Under the pieces are notes generated by a model. The model saw only the letters and a list, made by a program, of their open reading frames with translations. It searched no databases and was not told the DNA's origin. Shown here in pieces: positions 28,768-37,904 of a DNA stretch of 64,000 nucleotides (its first letter is position 1; every line of letters begins with the position of its first letter). The DNA lies in assembly GCA_963663545.1 (NCBI GenBank), contig OY760505.1, positions 2,773,664 to 2,837,663 of the forward strand. Reading direction: 5' to 3'. This stretch comes from Candidatus Delongbacteria bacterium (lineage in GTDB: Bacteria; CAIWAD01). The translations under genes were made by a program, and so were the position numbers.

Positions 28768-29501
28768 TGGCTACCTCGCAGGAAGAGCAAACGCCAGAGG
28801 GATTCCGGCAAAGAGCGCAATAGACGCATGATGTAGTACCAGCGACGCGGCGTGTAACACACGTTCTGCCCAAGATCGAGGGCCTGCCACGCATCGCGGG
28901 CGACAAGATCGGGATTTACCGCAAAAGGCAAGGACATTCCAGCGGTCATCGGAGTACGCACTGGTCCGGGTTTGATCATCAGCCAGCGATGTCCCGCCTC
29001 CTGGAATACGACGCGCAGACGCATCACCTCTTCTTCCAACTGTTGTTTGGAAGCGCCGTAGTGCCAGTTGCTACTGCGCAGGCGGTCCCCGGCCACAGAG
29101 CCGAGCACCAGGAAGCGGGCCGGTTGTCCTGCTTCTGCAAGTCGCGATGCCAGGACTCTCAGCCAATTGACGCTGCCCAGGTGGTTGACGGCGGCCATTG
29201 TGTTACGGGCAGCAGAATCGGTTTCGGGTAGCATTTGTCCCCAGGCCAGGAGAATCGTGTCAGGGAGCAGGTGTGCTGCTGCAAGAGTACGAATCAACTC
29301 GTTGGGGCCGCTGCCATCGGTCGCCTCTGCAGGTAGCAGAACGGTTTCCACTCCCTGTTCACGTGATACACCGGCCAATTCAGCCAACTCGCCGGGACGA
29401 CGTGCTGCCAGCACTAGCGCCTCCGGGGGGCACTCCCGCAGTCTGTGCTTCACCATGGCTTGCGCGATGGCCGACCCGGCTCCCAGTACAAGAAGTTTCA
29501 T
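28764..29501 (-). CDS. short-chain dehydrogenase/reductase (DprE2-like)
   Basis: Trimmed to ATG 29501 giving MKLLVLGAGSAIAQ Rossmann N-terminus; ATGA overlap with upstream gene stop. Confidence 0.55.
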   Translation of the reverse strand: MKLLVLGAGSAIAQAMVKHRLRECPPEALVLAARRPGELAELAGVSREQGVETVLLPAEATDGSGPNELIRTLAAAHLLPDTILLAWGQMLPETDSAARNTMAAVNHLGSVNWLRVLASRLAEAGQPARFLVLGSVAGDRLRSSNWHYGASKQQLEEEVMRLRVVFQEAGHRWLMIKPGPVRTPMTAGMSLPFAVNPDLVARDAWQALDLGQNVCYTPRRWYYIMRLLRSLPESLWRLLFLRGSH

Positions 29502-30814
29502 CGACGCAGTCCCAGCCTTCGCGCCATCAGCCCCCCCATGATGCCCTGCGGATCGATGGTGGAAAGCAGCTGCAGAAACTCCTCGTAAGCCGGATACATG
29601 CGCCGGAAGACTCCGGCATCTAGCAGTGCATCCTTGGCCAGATACACGCGCCCTCCGTTTTCGGCGCACTCGAAATTGAGCTTGCGTACCACTTCAACAC
29701 TAGCCGTAGTACGTGGCAAATCGGCAGCCAACGTGACACCCGCAGCACCAAAGGCGAGCGGTCCGCCGCCGGGGTTCTCACCCATGATTTTCAGCACCGT
29801 CAGCGCACTTCCGCCGCAGGCTTCGCGCATCTGCGCCAGTGCGTGATACAAGAAATGACGAGATGAGTTACGGTTGCTGGCGTTCCAGGGAAGCAGACAC
29901 TGATACTGAAGGAAGCCCGCTTTTCCGTAGGCGCGATTCCAGTTGTCCACCGCATCCAGAGGCCAGAAGAAGGGCTGGATGTGCTGTAAACTGTGAGCCT
30001 CGGGGCGAGCTGGAGAAGTAGCCCAGACAAGGGTGTTGAAGGCGCGCAGGCTGAGCGCGTTTACCAGGCTGATGGGTGGTCTCAACGGAAGGCTGACCGT
30101 CATGCTGTCTTTCAACTCACCGGCACGATCGGCGGGATCTCCCAGGTGCAACAGCCCTCGTCCGCAGCCTGATGATCCATCAACCCAGGCAACCGACCAG
30201 GTGGCGTTACGGGTTTCCACCTTTTCCAGCATCTCCTCAAGATCCCGACAGCGGAATGTGATACGACGGACCCAGGCGCCTTGCGTTGGAACGAGCTGCA
30301 GTGTTGCACGAAGAATGATGCCCGTTAAGCCCATTCCGCCCATGGTGGCCGTGAACAGATCTCCCTGCTCCTGGTCACTGCAATGGAGGATCTCCCCGTT
30401 CGGGGTCAGGAGATCAAAGCCTGTGACACATGAGTTGAAGGAGCCGCTGTTGTGGTGATTCTTCCCATGTACATCTGCGGCAATCGCCCCGCCTACGGTT
30501 ACATGGGCTGTGCCGGGTAATACAGGCGGCCACCAGCCGACGGGAAACGTGTGCGCCATCAGCTCACGCAGGCTGACTCCGGCTTCCACTGTGATACAAC
30601 CGGTGTCTTTGTCGAAGGATAGAATGCGTCTGTTTTGGCGCATGGGAATCAGATCTGCCGCCAGCGCTGCATCGCCATAACTGCGGCCCATACCCCAGGC
30701 GAGTAAGCCCTTCTGTGATTTCGGTAGAAGGGCGTGTCCGGTGTCGAGTTCGTGCAGATTGGCCAGCAGTGTTGGATAGTACCCCCAACCCGCCATTGGC
30801 TGTGTGTGACTCAT
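29498..30814 (-). CDS. FAD-binding oxidoreductase (DprE1-like)
   Basis: ~438-aa ORF with GMGRSYGDAAL FAD-binding block; start at ATG 30814 overlapping UbiA-like stop (ATGA). Confidence 0.6.
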   Translation of the reverse strand: MSHTQPMAGWGYYPTLLANLHELDTGHALLPKSQKGLLAWGMGRSYGDAALAADLIPMRQNRRILSFDKDTGCITVEAGVSLRELMAHTFPVGWWPPVLPGTAHVTVGGAIAADVHGKNHHNSGSFNSCVTGFDLLTPNGEILHCSDQEQGDLFTATMGGMGLTGIILRATLQLVPTQGAWVRRITFRCRDLEEMLEKVETRNATWSVAWVDGSSGCGRGLLHLGDPADRAGELKDSMTVSLPLRPPISLVNALSLRAFNTLVWATSPARPEAHSLQHIQPFFWPLDAVDNWNRAYGKAGFLQYQCLLPWNASNRNSSRHFLYHALAQMREACGGSALTVLKIMGENPGGGPLAFGAAGVTLAADLPRTTASVEVVRKLNFECAENGGRVYLAKDALLDAGVFRRMYPAYEEFLQLLSTIDPQGIMGGLMARRLGLRR

Positions 30815-31665
30815 TTCAACAACCACCATGTGCTCAGTACCCAAAGACCTGTAGTGATGGCAAGGGGTAAATCAAGCAGCAGCGAGCGCGAGCTCCCTAA
30901 ATTGTGATACACGCGATGCAGATAATGCAACAGCGCGTAGGCCACAAAGGGCACGGTTAGAATCAGTGATACACCTTCCCGATGGACGTTGAGTTCGCTG
31001 CAGTACAAGCTGTACAGGATCAGTGCGGCGACAAGTGAGAGGCTGAGCACCTGGTCGAGAAATCGTAGTGAGTCTGCACTTCCACCTGCCGCTGAACCTT
31101 CCGGCTCCATGCGCCTTTTCGCCGCAGAGAGGAACAGGGCCAATGCGCCTGTGCAGAGAAGAATCCAGTCGCTGGCAGCTACGCCTACGGCTTGTGTTCC
31201 AGCCAGTACGCGTAATACAAAACCCGCCGATACCAGGCATAGATCCAGAGCGGGTACGCGCTTCAACCCCAGCGAGTAGCCCACATTAAGCAACAAGTAA
31301 AGGCCTAGCACCGGGGCGAGTTCAGGCATAAGTGTGAAGGTAGCTGCTAACAGCAGTGCCAAACCACCTAGTAGCATTGCGCCTACTTGCCTGCGTGATA
31401 CAAGCCCTGCTGCCAGCGGTCGCTGTGCTTTCGCCGGGTGCAGGCGATCCTGCGCTTCATCACACAAATCGTTGAAGAGATATACTAGCGATGAAGCGAT
31501 GCAGAAGAGCAAAAAAGCCAGTGTGCTTTTTAGCCAGGGCTGATTACCTGTGTGATACAACTGTACCGCTGTTGCCTGATTGGCAAAGCGGGCAAAAAAG
31601 GGCCCTGCGAAAACCAGCAGGTTCTTGGGCCATTGCTGTATGCGAAATTGATCGAACCAGTACAT
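30811..31665 (-). CDS. UbiA-family prenyltransferase (decaprenyl-phosphate phosphoribosyltransferase-like)
   Basis: 284-aa polytopic protein with NDLCDEAQD (NDxxDxxxD) motif. Confidence 0.7.
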   Translation of the reverse strand: MYWFDQFRIQQWPKNLLVFAGPFFARFANQATAVQLYHTGNQPWLKSTLAFLLFCIASSLVYLFNDLCDEAQDRLHPAKAQRPLAAGLVSRRQVGAMLLGGLALLLAATFTLMPELAPVLGLYLLLNVGYSLGLKRVPALDLCLVSAGFVLRVLAGTQAVGVAASDWILLCTGALALFLSAAKRRMEPEGSAAGGSADSLRFLDQVLSLSLVAALILYSLYCSELNVHREGVSLILTVPFVAYALLHYLHRVYHNLGSSRSLLLDLPLAITTGLWVLSTWWLLK

Positions 31666-31743
31666 TGTCTACAAAGTAAGATTCGCACTGCGCAACCTGC
31701 GCGGGTAACGACGCTGTCTGCAGTAAGAGTTCGGGAGAACGAG

Positions 31744-32046
31744 ATGGAATGGATTCAGGCAAATCCTTGGGTCTTTGGTATCGGTCTACTGTTGGCTGTA
31801 GTACTGGTGTACATGATGATTAAGCGTTTGTTCAAAATAGCGCTGCTCGTTCTGCTTCTGCTTGTCGCCATTCTGGTTTGGGCGCGCATGACCGGACACA
31901 AGTTGCCCAAGGATCTCGAGCGCCTGAGCCAACAGGGTCAGGAGCTTCTGGAGGATGCCGTAGAGCAGGGGAGCGAACTGATTGACGAGGGGAAGGCACA
32001 GGTGGGGGAAGTCAAGAAGAAGGTTGAGGACGCCCTGGATAACTGA
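31744..32046 (+). CDS. small membrane protein (hypothetical)
   Basis: 100-aa ORF from ATG 31744 (gggaga RBS); two hydrophobic helices then charged C-terminus; track start 31552 would overlap the UbiA gene. Confidence 0.4.
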   Translation: MEWIQANPWVFGIGLLLAVVLVYMMIKRLFKIALLVLLLLVAILVWARMTGHKLPKDLERLSQQGQELLEDAVEQGSELIDEGKAQVGEVKKKVEDALDN

Positions 32047-32061
32047 AACATCGCTGCTTCA

Positions 32062-33144
32062 TCAATCACTAGTGACCAGTAGTAGATGCCCGTCGCGTAT
32101 CACAGCCAGTCGACCGGGGCCTACAAGCGCTGGGTCGCCGCATCCGCTGCCCAGGTGGTGTCGCAGAATGCAATCGCCGCGCGGTGTAAACACCAGCAGC
32201 TCATCCTGGCAAATCAGGTGCGCACAGCCTTTGCCATCCACGGCGGGAAAAGTGCTGCTGCCCGGTAGGTCGTAGCGCCACAGGACTTCGCCCCGCGATC
32301 CCAGGCAGACCAGGTGATCGTGTGCTACACCAAACCAGCCACCGTCCGGTCGCTCAGCTAGCTTCAGATCCCAGTCGTAGTGTGAAGTTGGCTTGCCAGC
32401 CTCGTTAAAAAACAGCGTGGCGCCCAGCCCATCGCAGGCGGCGCAGGAATCCAGCTCATCCAGGACTACGGGGCGATCGGTGCGCACATTGGGGCCTTGC
32501 CACATGATTTTGCCGTCGTGGGCCACGCGTCGCAGTCCATTCAAGTCTGCCAGTGCAAGAGTGCCATCGGAGTAGACCGCAGGTACGGCAGCGCAATGCT
32601 CGCCGGGTTCGGCTGGCATGCGGCGTGTACGTGCGATCATCAACACTTTGTCACCCAGCAGCAGATCCGTCTCGCCGTTGGTCGTCGTCACAACCAGTTT
32701 GCCGTCGGGGGTTGCGTTGGGCGAGTGCAGAACTTGCAGTCCGCTATCATCGCCACTCATACCGTGGTCGATGTTGCCGGTCATGTCGAAGAAGGCAAGG
32801 TGCGGTCCAAAGCAAATGGCGCACAAACCATCCGCCAGCATGATGGGAGCCGAGAAGGCTTTGTGTCCACCTTCCTCGTGAGGTGCAGCCAGAGGAGTGC
32901 AAAAGCCAGGAACACCGATGTGCGAAAAGGAAAGCAACCAGCTGCCATACTGTACCAGAATACTGCCACCCGGTGCACTGATGCAGCTTCCGGTTTTGCC
33001 GCCGTTGCGCGGTAGAGCCAGTTGTAACACACGGCTCACTCGGTCCAGGCCCCCCACGCGAGTCATGCGCCCGTTGCGAGGATTCCCTTCGCGACGCGGC
33101 CAGGGCATTAAAGCGATGGAATAGGGAAACAGCGGGATGTTCAT
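32062..33144 (-). CDS. beta-propeller repeat protein (PQQ/BamB-like)
   Basis: Trimmed from track start 33426 (which would overlap tRNA-Gln) to ATG 33144; repeated W/G-rich blades e.g. GKIMWQGPNV, GEVLWRYDLPGS. Confidence 0.45.
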   Translation of the reverse strand: MNIPLFPYSIALMPWPRREGNPRNGRMTRVGGLDRVSRVLQLALPRNGGKTGSCISAPGGSILVQYGSWLLSFSHIGVPGFCTPLAAPHEEGGHKAFSAPIMLADGLCAICFGPHLAFFDMTGNIDHGMSGDDSGLQVLHSPNATPDGKLVVTTTNGETDLLLGDKVLMIARTRRMPAEPGEHCAAVPAVYSDGTLALADLNGLRRVAHDGKIMWQGPNVRTDRPVVLDELDSCAACDGLGATLFFNEAGKPTSHYDWDLKLAERPDGGWFGVAHDHLVCLGSRGEVLWRYDLPGSSTFPAVDGKGCAHLICQDELLVFTPRGDCILRHHLGSGCGDPALVGPGRLAVIRDGHLLLVTSD

Positions 33145-33306
33145 TCTCGTCCTGTTCACTTCCGGAATACAGCTGACAAGGTAGGGAATCGCAGGAATCC
33201 ACTTTGCCGACCTTTGACGGAATAAGAACGACGATTTCCAACGAAATTTCGACGGGGTCATCTTGCGCAATTGATCCTGGCGCTTTAGATTTAGGGTTCC
33301 TTGTTC

Positions 33307-33377
33307 TGGCCCATCGTCTAACGGCAGGACATCGGATTCTGGTTCCGAGAATTGGGGTTCGAATCCCTGTGGGCCAG
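33307..33377 (+). tRNA. tRNA-Gln (anticodon CTG)
   Basis: Hand fold: acceptor tggccca/tgggcca, D-arm gtct/ggac, anticodon stem tcgga/tccga with loop ttCTGgt, T-loop ttcgaat; CCA not encoded. Confidence 0.8.
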
Positions 33378-33386
33378 CTAGCCCAA

Positions 33387-33420
33387 GGCCCTGTGCACCT
33401 GCCGCACGGGGCCTTTTTTT
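33387..33420 (+). terminator. rho-independent terminator downstream of tRNA-Gln
   Basis: Stem ggccctgtgc / gcacggggcc (one G-U), loop acctgcc, then 7 T. Confidence 0.7.
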
Positions 33421-33487
33421 ATGCACAGGAACAAATTAGCCGAACCTAAGTTTGAGTGCCTGATCTTAACTCGGAAAGGAGTTTGGA

Positions 33488-34339
33488 ATGCGGCTCTTCT
33501 TCTTAATGGTTCTTGCGACTGCCCTACCCGTGTTGGCACAGATCAGTGCTGATCATAGGGACGATTTCGCTGCCGGTAGTTCCCACGACTGGGAGCGCGG
33601 CACTGTAAGCAACGGGCATCTTATCCTGACCGCCGACGGATCGGGAGAACACGGCAAGCTGGTCACTTTCGCCCAAGGAGACTGGGCGGGTGATTACACC
33701 AGTGCCGGTATTGATTCCATTCGTGTCACATTCGAGAATCCCAGCGGCCGCGATCTTGAGATGCGCATTGCGCTTGGAACCGGCGATGACCCGCGTAGCG
33801 GCACGTGGTACAGTTCGGTTGAGTCCATTTCGCTACCTGCTGGTGGATCCCCTGTAACCGGAAGTTTCGGTCTGGACGCAGCCGCCCTCATGAGGGTTGA
33901 GGGCAGCTCCAGTCTGGAGTCGGTCATGAGCAGTGTGGCAACGCTCCGCATCCTTCACAGCACAACGCCAGATGCTCGCGGACCGAACATTACTGCCAGC
34001 GTCTATTTGGATGATATTACCGCGATTTCCAATCTGGATGTATCACCGACTGGCGTCGTCGAGAGTGCGCTGCTGCTTTCTTCCTATCCCAATCCATTCA
34101 ATCCATCGACCCTGATTCGCTTCACGTTGCCCGACGCCGATGCGGTTCAAGTGCAAGTCTTCAACCTGAGCGGACAGCTGGTGAGCACGCTGCTGGAGGC
34201 TCAGCTTCCCGCCGGTATGCATCAGCTACAGTGGAATGCGCAGGACCAGCAGGCGCACGCCTTGCCGAGCGGCGTCTACTTTGCACGGGTTTCCACTTCC
34301 CGTGAATCTGCCGTGCAGCGCATGACTCTGCTGCGTTAG
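33488..34339 (+). CDS. secreted protein with T9SS-type C-terminal sorting domain
   Basis: Signal peptide MRLFFLMVLATALPVLAQ; C-terminus ...LSSYPNPFNPSTLIRFTLPDADAVQVQVFNLSGQLV...GVYFARV... matches Por-secretion CTD pattern. Confidence 0.7.
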   Translation: MRLFFLMVLATALPVLAQISADHRDDFAAGSSHDWERGTVSNGHLILTADGSGEHGKLVTFAQGDWAGDYTSAGIDSIRVTFENPSGRDLEMRIALGTGDDPRSGTWYSSVESISLPAGGSPVTGSFGLDAAALMRVEGSSSLESVMSSVATLRILHSTTPDARGPNITASVYLDDITAISNLDVSPTGVVESALLLSSYPNPFNPSTLIRFTLPDADAVQVQVFNLSGQLVSTLLEAQLPAGMHQLQWNAQDQQAHALPSGVYFARVSTSRESAVQRMTLLR

Positions 34340-34536
34340 TTGCCCTGCGACAGCGCGTGCTGGCATATCGGATTCCCATTGTGCATCCCCCGTTGGCTTT
34401 AGCTTGCGGGGGATGCGCTTTTCTACTCAAATCACACACTATAACTACGCAACAGAAGCGGCTGGCAGAGGGCTTTGCTACTTTATCACCGAACCTGATC
34501 CACGAGCAGAATCATCCAGATCCAAAAGGCGAGGCG

Positions 34537-36453
34537 ATGAAATACATCCCACTGGCGGAAGCCACGCCCGAGTACTACGAACAGATCGGGCTGAAATCAG
34601 GTCTGGAAATTCATCAGCAGCTACTCACCGACACAAAGCTCTTCTGTCGCTGTCCTGCCGGCATCTACTGCCGCGATTGGGATGCGGAGGTGCTTCGTCA
34701 CATGCGCCCGACGTTGTCGGAGATGGGCGAGTACGACGGTACGGCGCTGATGGAATTCAAGACACGCAAGGAGATCGTCTACCGCATCAAAAACGAGACG
34801 GTCTGTACCTACGAGTTCGATGACACGCCGCCCTTCACCGTTGACGAGAAGGCGGTGGACATTGCCATTGAGGCTGTGATGCAGCTGGGTGGAAGCCTGG
34901 TCAGCGAGATTCACATCACGCGCAAGCAGTACCTGGACGGCTCCATTCCCACGGGTTTTCAGCGCACGACCATCGTCGGCGTTGGCGGCCGCATTCCTTA
35001 CAAAGGTCGCTGGATCGACATCATCCAGTTGAGCCTTGAGGAAGACAGTTGCCGCGAGATCAGCGATTCCGGCCACCGTCGCGTGTACATCACCGACCGC
35101 CTGGGCATGCCGCTCATCGAGACCGTGACCGATTGCCAGATGCATACGCCCCAGGATGTTGCCGGTGTGGCGGAAGTGCTGCGCCGCCTGGTTCGTGCTA
35201 CAGGCAAAGTGCGAACGGGTTCGGGTGCGGGGCGCGAGGATACCAATGTCTCCGTACGCGGAGGCGAGCGCTGCGAAATCAAGGGTGTCGGCTCGATCAA
35301 ACTGATTCCCATTCTGGTGCACAACGAGGCGTTCCGTCAAGTGCAGTTGCTGGAGATTCGTGAAGAGCTGCTGCGTCGCGGTATCACGGAGGATAGCTTC
35401 TCCTGGCGCAGTCAGGATCTGAGCGATCTGGCGGCCGACCTCCCTACCGATGTCGAGCTGGCATTGCAGACTGGCGGAAGCATGCATGCTGTTGTGCTGG
35501 AAGGCTTCGCCGGACTGCTATGCAAGGAGCTGAGTCCCGGACGCAACTTCCTGAGCGAGATTAGTGACCGCGTCCGTGTCATTGCCTGCGTCGACAGCAT
35601 TCCCAATGTGCTGGGCAGCGACGGCGCCGGTGATACGGATCACCCGGGGTTGTGGCAGAAAGTGCGTGCGGCCATGCAGGCCGGAGACGAGGACGCTGTG
35701 ATACTCGTTTGGGGGCCTGCGGCTGATATGGCAACCGCTGTCAGCGAGATCTCCATTCGTGCTCACGAGGCGATTGTTGGCGTGCCACGTGAGACAAGAC
35801 AGCCCATGCCGGACGGTACGACGCGTTTCGAGCGAGTCCTGCCGGGAGCCGATCGCATGTATCCGGATACCGATCTGCCTCCGCAGGCAATCGAGGACGA
35901 ACGCATCGAGCGCATTCGTGCCGGTTTGCCGCTTCCCCCTTGGCAGGTGTACGAAGAGGCCATCGGTGACGGATTGCATCACGAGCTTGCTGCCCGCATC
36001 TCCATTTCGCCCTACGCCGGGCTTTATCGGCGATTGCGTGATACACAGCCTGAACTGCCTGCCAACTTGCTGGCACAGTGCCTTTGCGAGTGGACCGTCG
36101 ATGCGCGTCGTCGCGGCGCTGCGGCATGGAAACTCAGCGACGCTAGTCTGGGCGAAATGCTGGTGGAAGTGGCCACGGGCCGGCTTCTACCAGCCGGGTT
36201 GCATCTCATGCTGATTCGTGATACAAAGGCTGACAGCATTCAGGAGGCAATTGACGAGCTCGGGTTGAATCCAGCAAGCGATGCGGAGATTCTGTCTGCC
36301 ATCGATTCTGCACTGAAGCAGGTGCCCCGCAACAGCGATCCTGCGGCGCGTCATCGCTTCACCATGGGCGAAGCCATGCATCGTTTGCGTGGGCGTGTAA
36401 TGGGCAGAGTCCTTGCCGAGCGGATCAGCCAAGAATTGGAGGCACGCGCGTGA
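34537..36453 (+). CDS. gatE: glutamyl-tRNA(Gln) amidotransferase subunit E (archaeal-type GatE)
   Basis: 638 aa from ATG 34537; GatB/E-type N-terminus GLKSGLEIHQQL...KLFCRCP; length and pairing with downstream GatD-like gene favour GatE over GatB. Confidence 0.75.
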   Translation: MKYIPLAEATPEYYEQIGLKSGLEIHQQLLTDTKLFCRCPAGIYCRDWDAEVLRHMRPTLSEMGEYDGTALMEFKTRKEIVYRIKNETVCTYEFDDTPPFTVDEKAVDIAIEAVMQLGGSLVSEIHITRKQYLDGSIPTGFQRTTIVGVGGRIPYKGRWIDIIQLSLEEDSCREISDSGHRRVYITDRLGMPLIETVTDCQMHTPQDVAGVAEVLRRLVRATGKVRTGSGAGREDTNVSVRGGERCEIKGVGSIKLIPILVHNEAFRQVQLLEIREELLRRGITEDSFSWRSQDLSDLAADLPTDVELALQTGGSMHAVVLEGFAGLLCKELSPGRNFLSEISDRVRVIACVDSIPNVLGSDGAGDTDHPGLWQKVRAAMQAGDEDAVILVWGPAADMATAVSEISIRAHEAIVGVPRETRQPMPDGTTRFERVLPGADRMYPDTDLPPQAIEDERIERIRAGLPLPPWQVYEEAIGDGLHHELAARISISPYAGLYRRLRDTQPELPANLLAQCLCEWTVDARRRGAAAWKLSDASLGEMLVEVATGRLLPAGLHLMLIRDTKADSIQEAIDELGLNPASDAEILSAIDSALKQVPRNSDPAARHRFTMGEAMHRLRGRVMGRVLAERISQELEARA

Positions 36454-37838
36454 GCGATCAGGAAGTCTACAAGGGATATCGTGAGCCGACTCTTTCACTG
36501 CTGAAACAGCACGGCGTACGCGTGTGGAGTGAAGTCGATATCGAGAGTTCGCGAGGCCGCTTCTCGGGTTTGATTCTACCGCGCAGCGAGACCGCCGACG
36601 AGGTTCACATTGTTGTCAAGCTGGCCACCGGCTACAACATTGGTCTGCGCTACGACACCATCCAGTCTATTACTGAGAAGGGCTATAAGGAAGCTCACTA
36701 CAAGATTCCTGAAAAGGAGTTTCCCTACTCACCCAACAAGCCGCGCGTCAAATTGCTGGGAACCGGTGGCACAATTGCGTCCAGACTGGACTACCGCACC
36801 GGTGCTGTGATACCGGCGTTCTCACCCGGTGAACTCTACGGAAGTGTTCCCGAACTGGCAGACATTTGCAATCTGGAAACGGAGAAACTCTACGGCGTTT
36901 TCAGCGAGAACATGGGACCGGAACAGTGGATGGGTGTAGCACGCGCCATTGGCGAGGAAATCGAACGCGGCGTGGATGGCATTGTCATCGGGCATGGTAC
37001 CGATACAATGCATCACACGGCGGCGGCGCTTTCCTTTATGGTGCAGAACACACCGGTGCCCATTGTAATGGTAGGCAGCCAGCGCAGCAGCGACAGGCCG
37101 TCCTCCGATGCAGCGCTTAATCTGATGCACGCCACCCTGACCGCAGCCAGTAGCGATATCGCTGAAGTCATGGTTTGCATGTTCGGTCCTACTTCAGACC
37201 AGTATGGCTTGCTGCATCGCGGTACGCGAGTGCGTAAGATGCACAGCAGCTATCGTAGTACATTCCGCACTCTTGGTGATACACCGCTAGCTATGGTCAA
37301 TCGACAGGAAGTGACTCCCATTAAAAAGGAGTATGCACACCGTCGTCAGGACAAGAATGTGCAGATCAAGGCTGCCTTTGAAGAGCGTGTTACAATTCTC
37401 TACTACTATCCCAACATGCATCCCGATATGGTCGACAGTCTGGTGGACCGGGGCTACAAGGGTATTGTGATTGCCGGCACTGGTTTAGGCCACGTCAACA
37501 AGCCGCTTTACAAGGCGTTGGGACGCGCTTGCGAGCAGGGCGTCTCGGTGTGCATGACTGTGCAGACCCTATGGGGCTATGCGCAGATGTACGTTTACGA
37601 GACGGGACGCGAGTTGATGGAGTTGGGCATTTATCCGCTGGCGAATATGCTTCCGGAAGTGGCCTACGTCAAACTGGGCTGGGCCTTGGGGCAGAGCAGC
37701 GATCCGGTTGAAGTGCGCCGCATCATGGAGACGCCGATTGCCCATGAAATCACACCACGCGAACCCCACAACGGCTATCTGGTTTACCAGGGCGGAATTC
37801 CCGAGGTCGAGGAGTTCATTCGCAACTACCGCAAGTAG
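36450..37838 (+). CDS. gatD: glutamyl-tRNA(Gln) amidotransferase subunit D (archaeal-type GatD)
   Basis: 462 aa; N-terminal extension then asparaginase-like domain LLGTGGTIASRLDYRTGAV and IVIGHGTDTMHHTAAALS; GTGA overlap with gatE stop. Confidence 0.78.
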   Translation: MSDQEVYKGYREPTLSLLKQHGVRVWSEVDIESSRGRFSGLILPRSETADEVHIVVKLATGYNIGLRYDTIQSITEKGYKEAHYKIPEKEFPYSPNKPRVKLLGTGGTIASRLDYRTGAVIPAFSPGELYGSVPELADICNLETEKLYGVFSENMGPEQWMGVARAIGEEIERGVDGIVIGHGTDTMHHTAAALSFMVQNTPVPIVMVGSQRSSDRPSSDAALNLMHATLTAASSDIAEVMVCMFGPTSDQYGLLHRGTRVRKMHSSYRSTFRTLGDTPLAMVNRQEVTPIKKEYAHRRQDKNVQIKAAFEERVTILYYYPNMHPDMVDSLVDRGYKGIVIAGTGLGHVNKPLYKALGRACEQGVSVCMTVQTLWGYAQMYVYETGRELMELGIYPLANMLPEVAYVKLGWALGQSSDPVEVRRIMETPIAHEITPREPHNGYLVYQGGIPEVEEFIRNYRK

Positions 37839-37850
37839 CCGATCGACAGC

Positions 37851-37884
37851 AAAAAGAAAAGCCCCGCATCACGCGGGGCTTTTT
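37851..37884. terminator. bidirectional rho-independent terminator between convergent gatD and PPIase genes
   Basis: A-run, hairpin gccccgc-atcac-gcggggc, T-run. Confidence 0.75.
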
Positions 37885-37904
37885 GTATCACAGCCTTGAG
37901 TTGG

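Noticed and set aside
33145-33426. N-terminal 94 codons of the 454-aa minus-strand ORF
   Set aside because: Would run antisense through tRNA-Gln and its terminator; internal ATG 33144 with AGGA-type RBS gives a plausible start.
34621-35487. 288-aa minus-strand ORF antisense to gatE
   Set aside because: Shadow ORF inside a well-supported gene.
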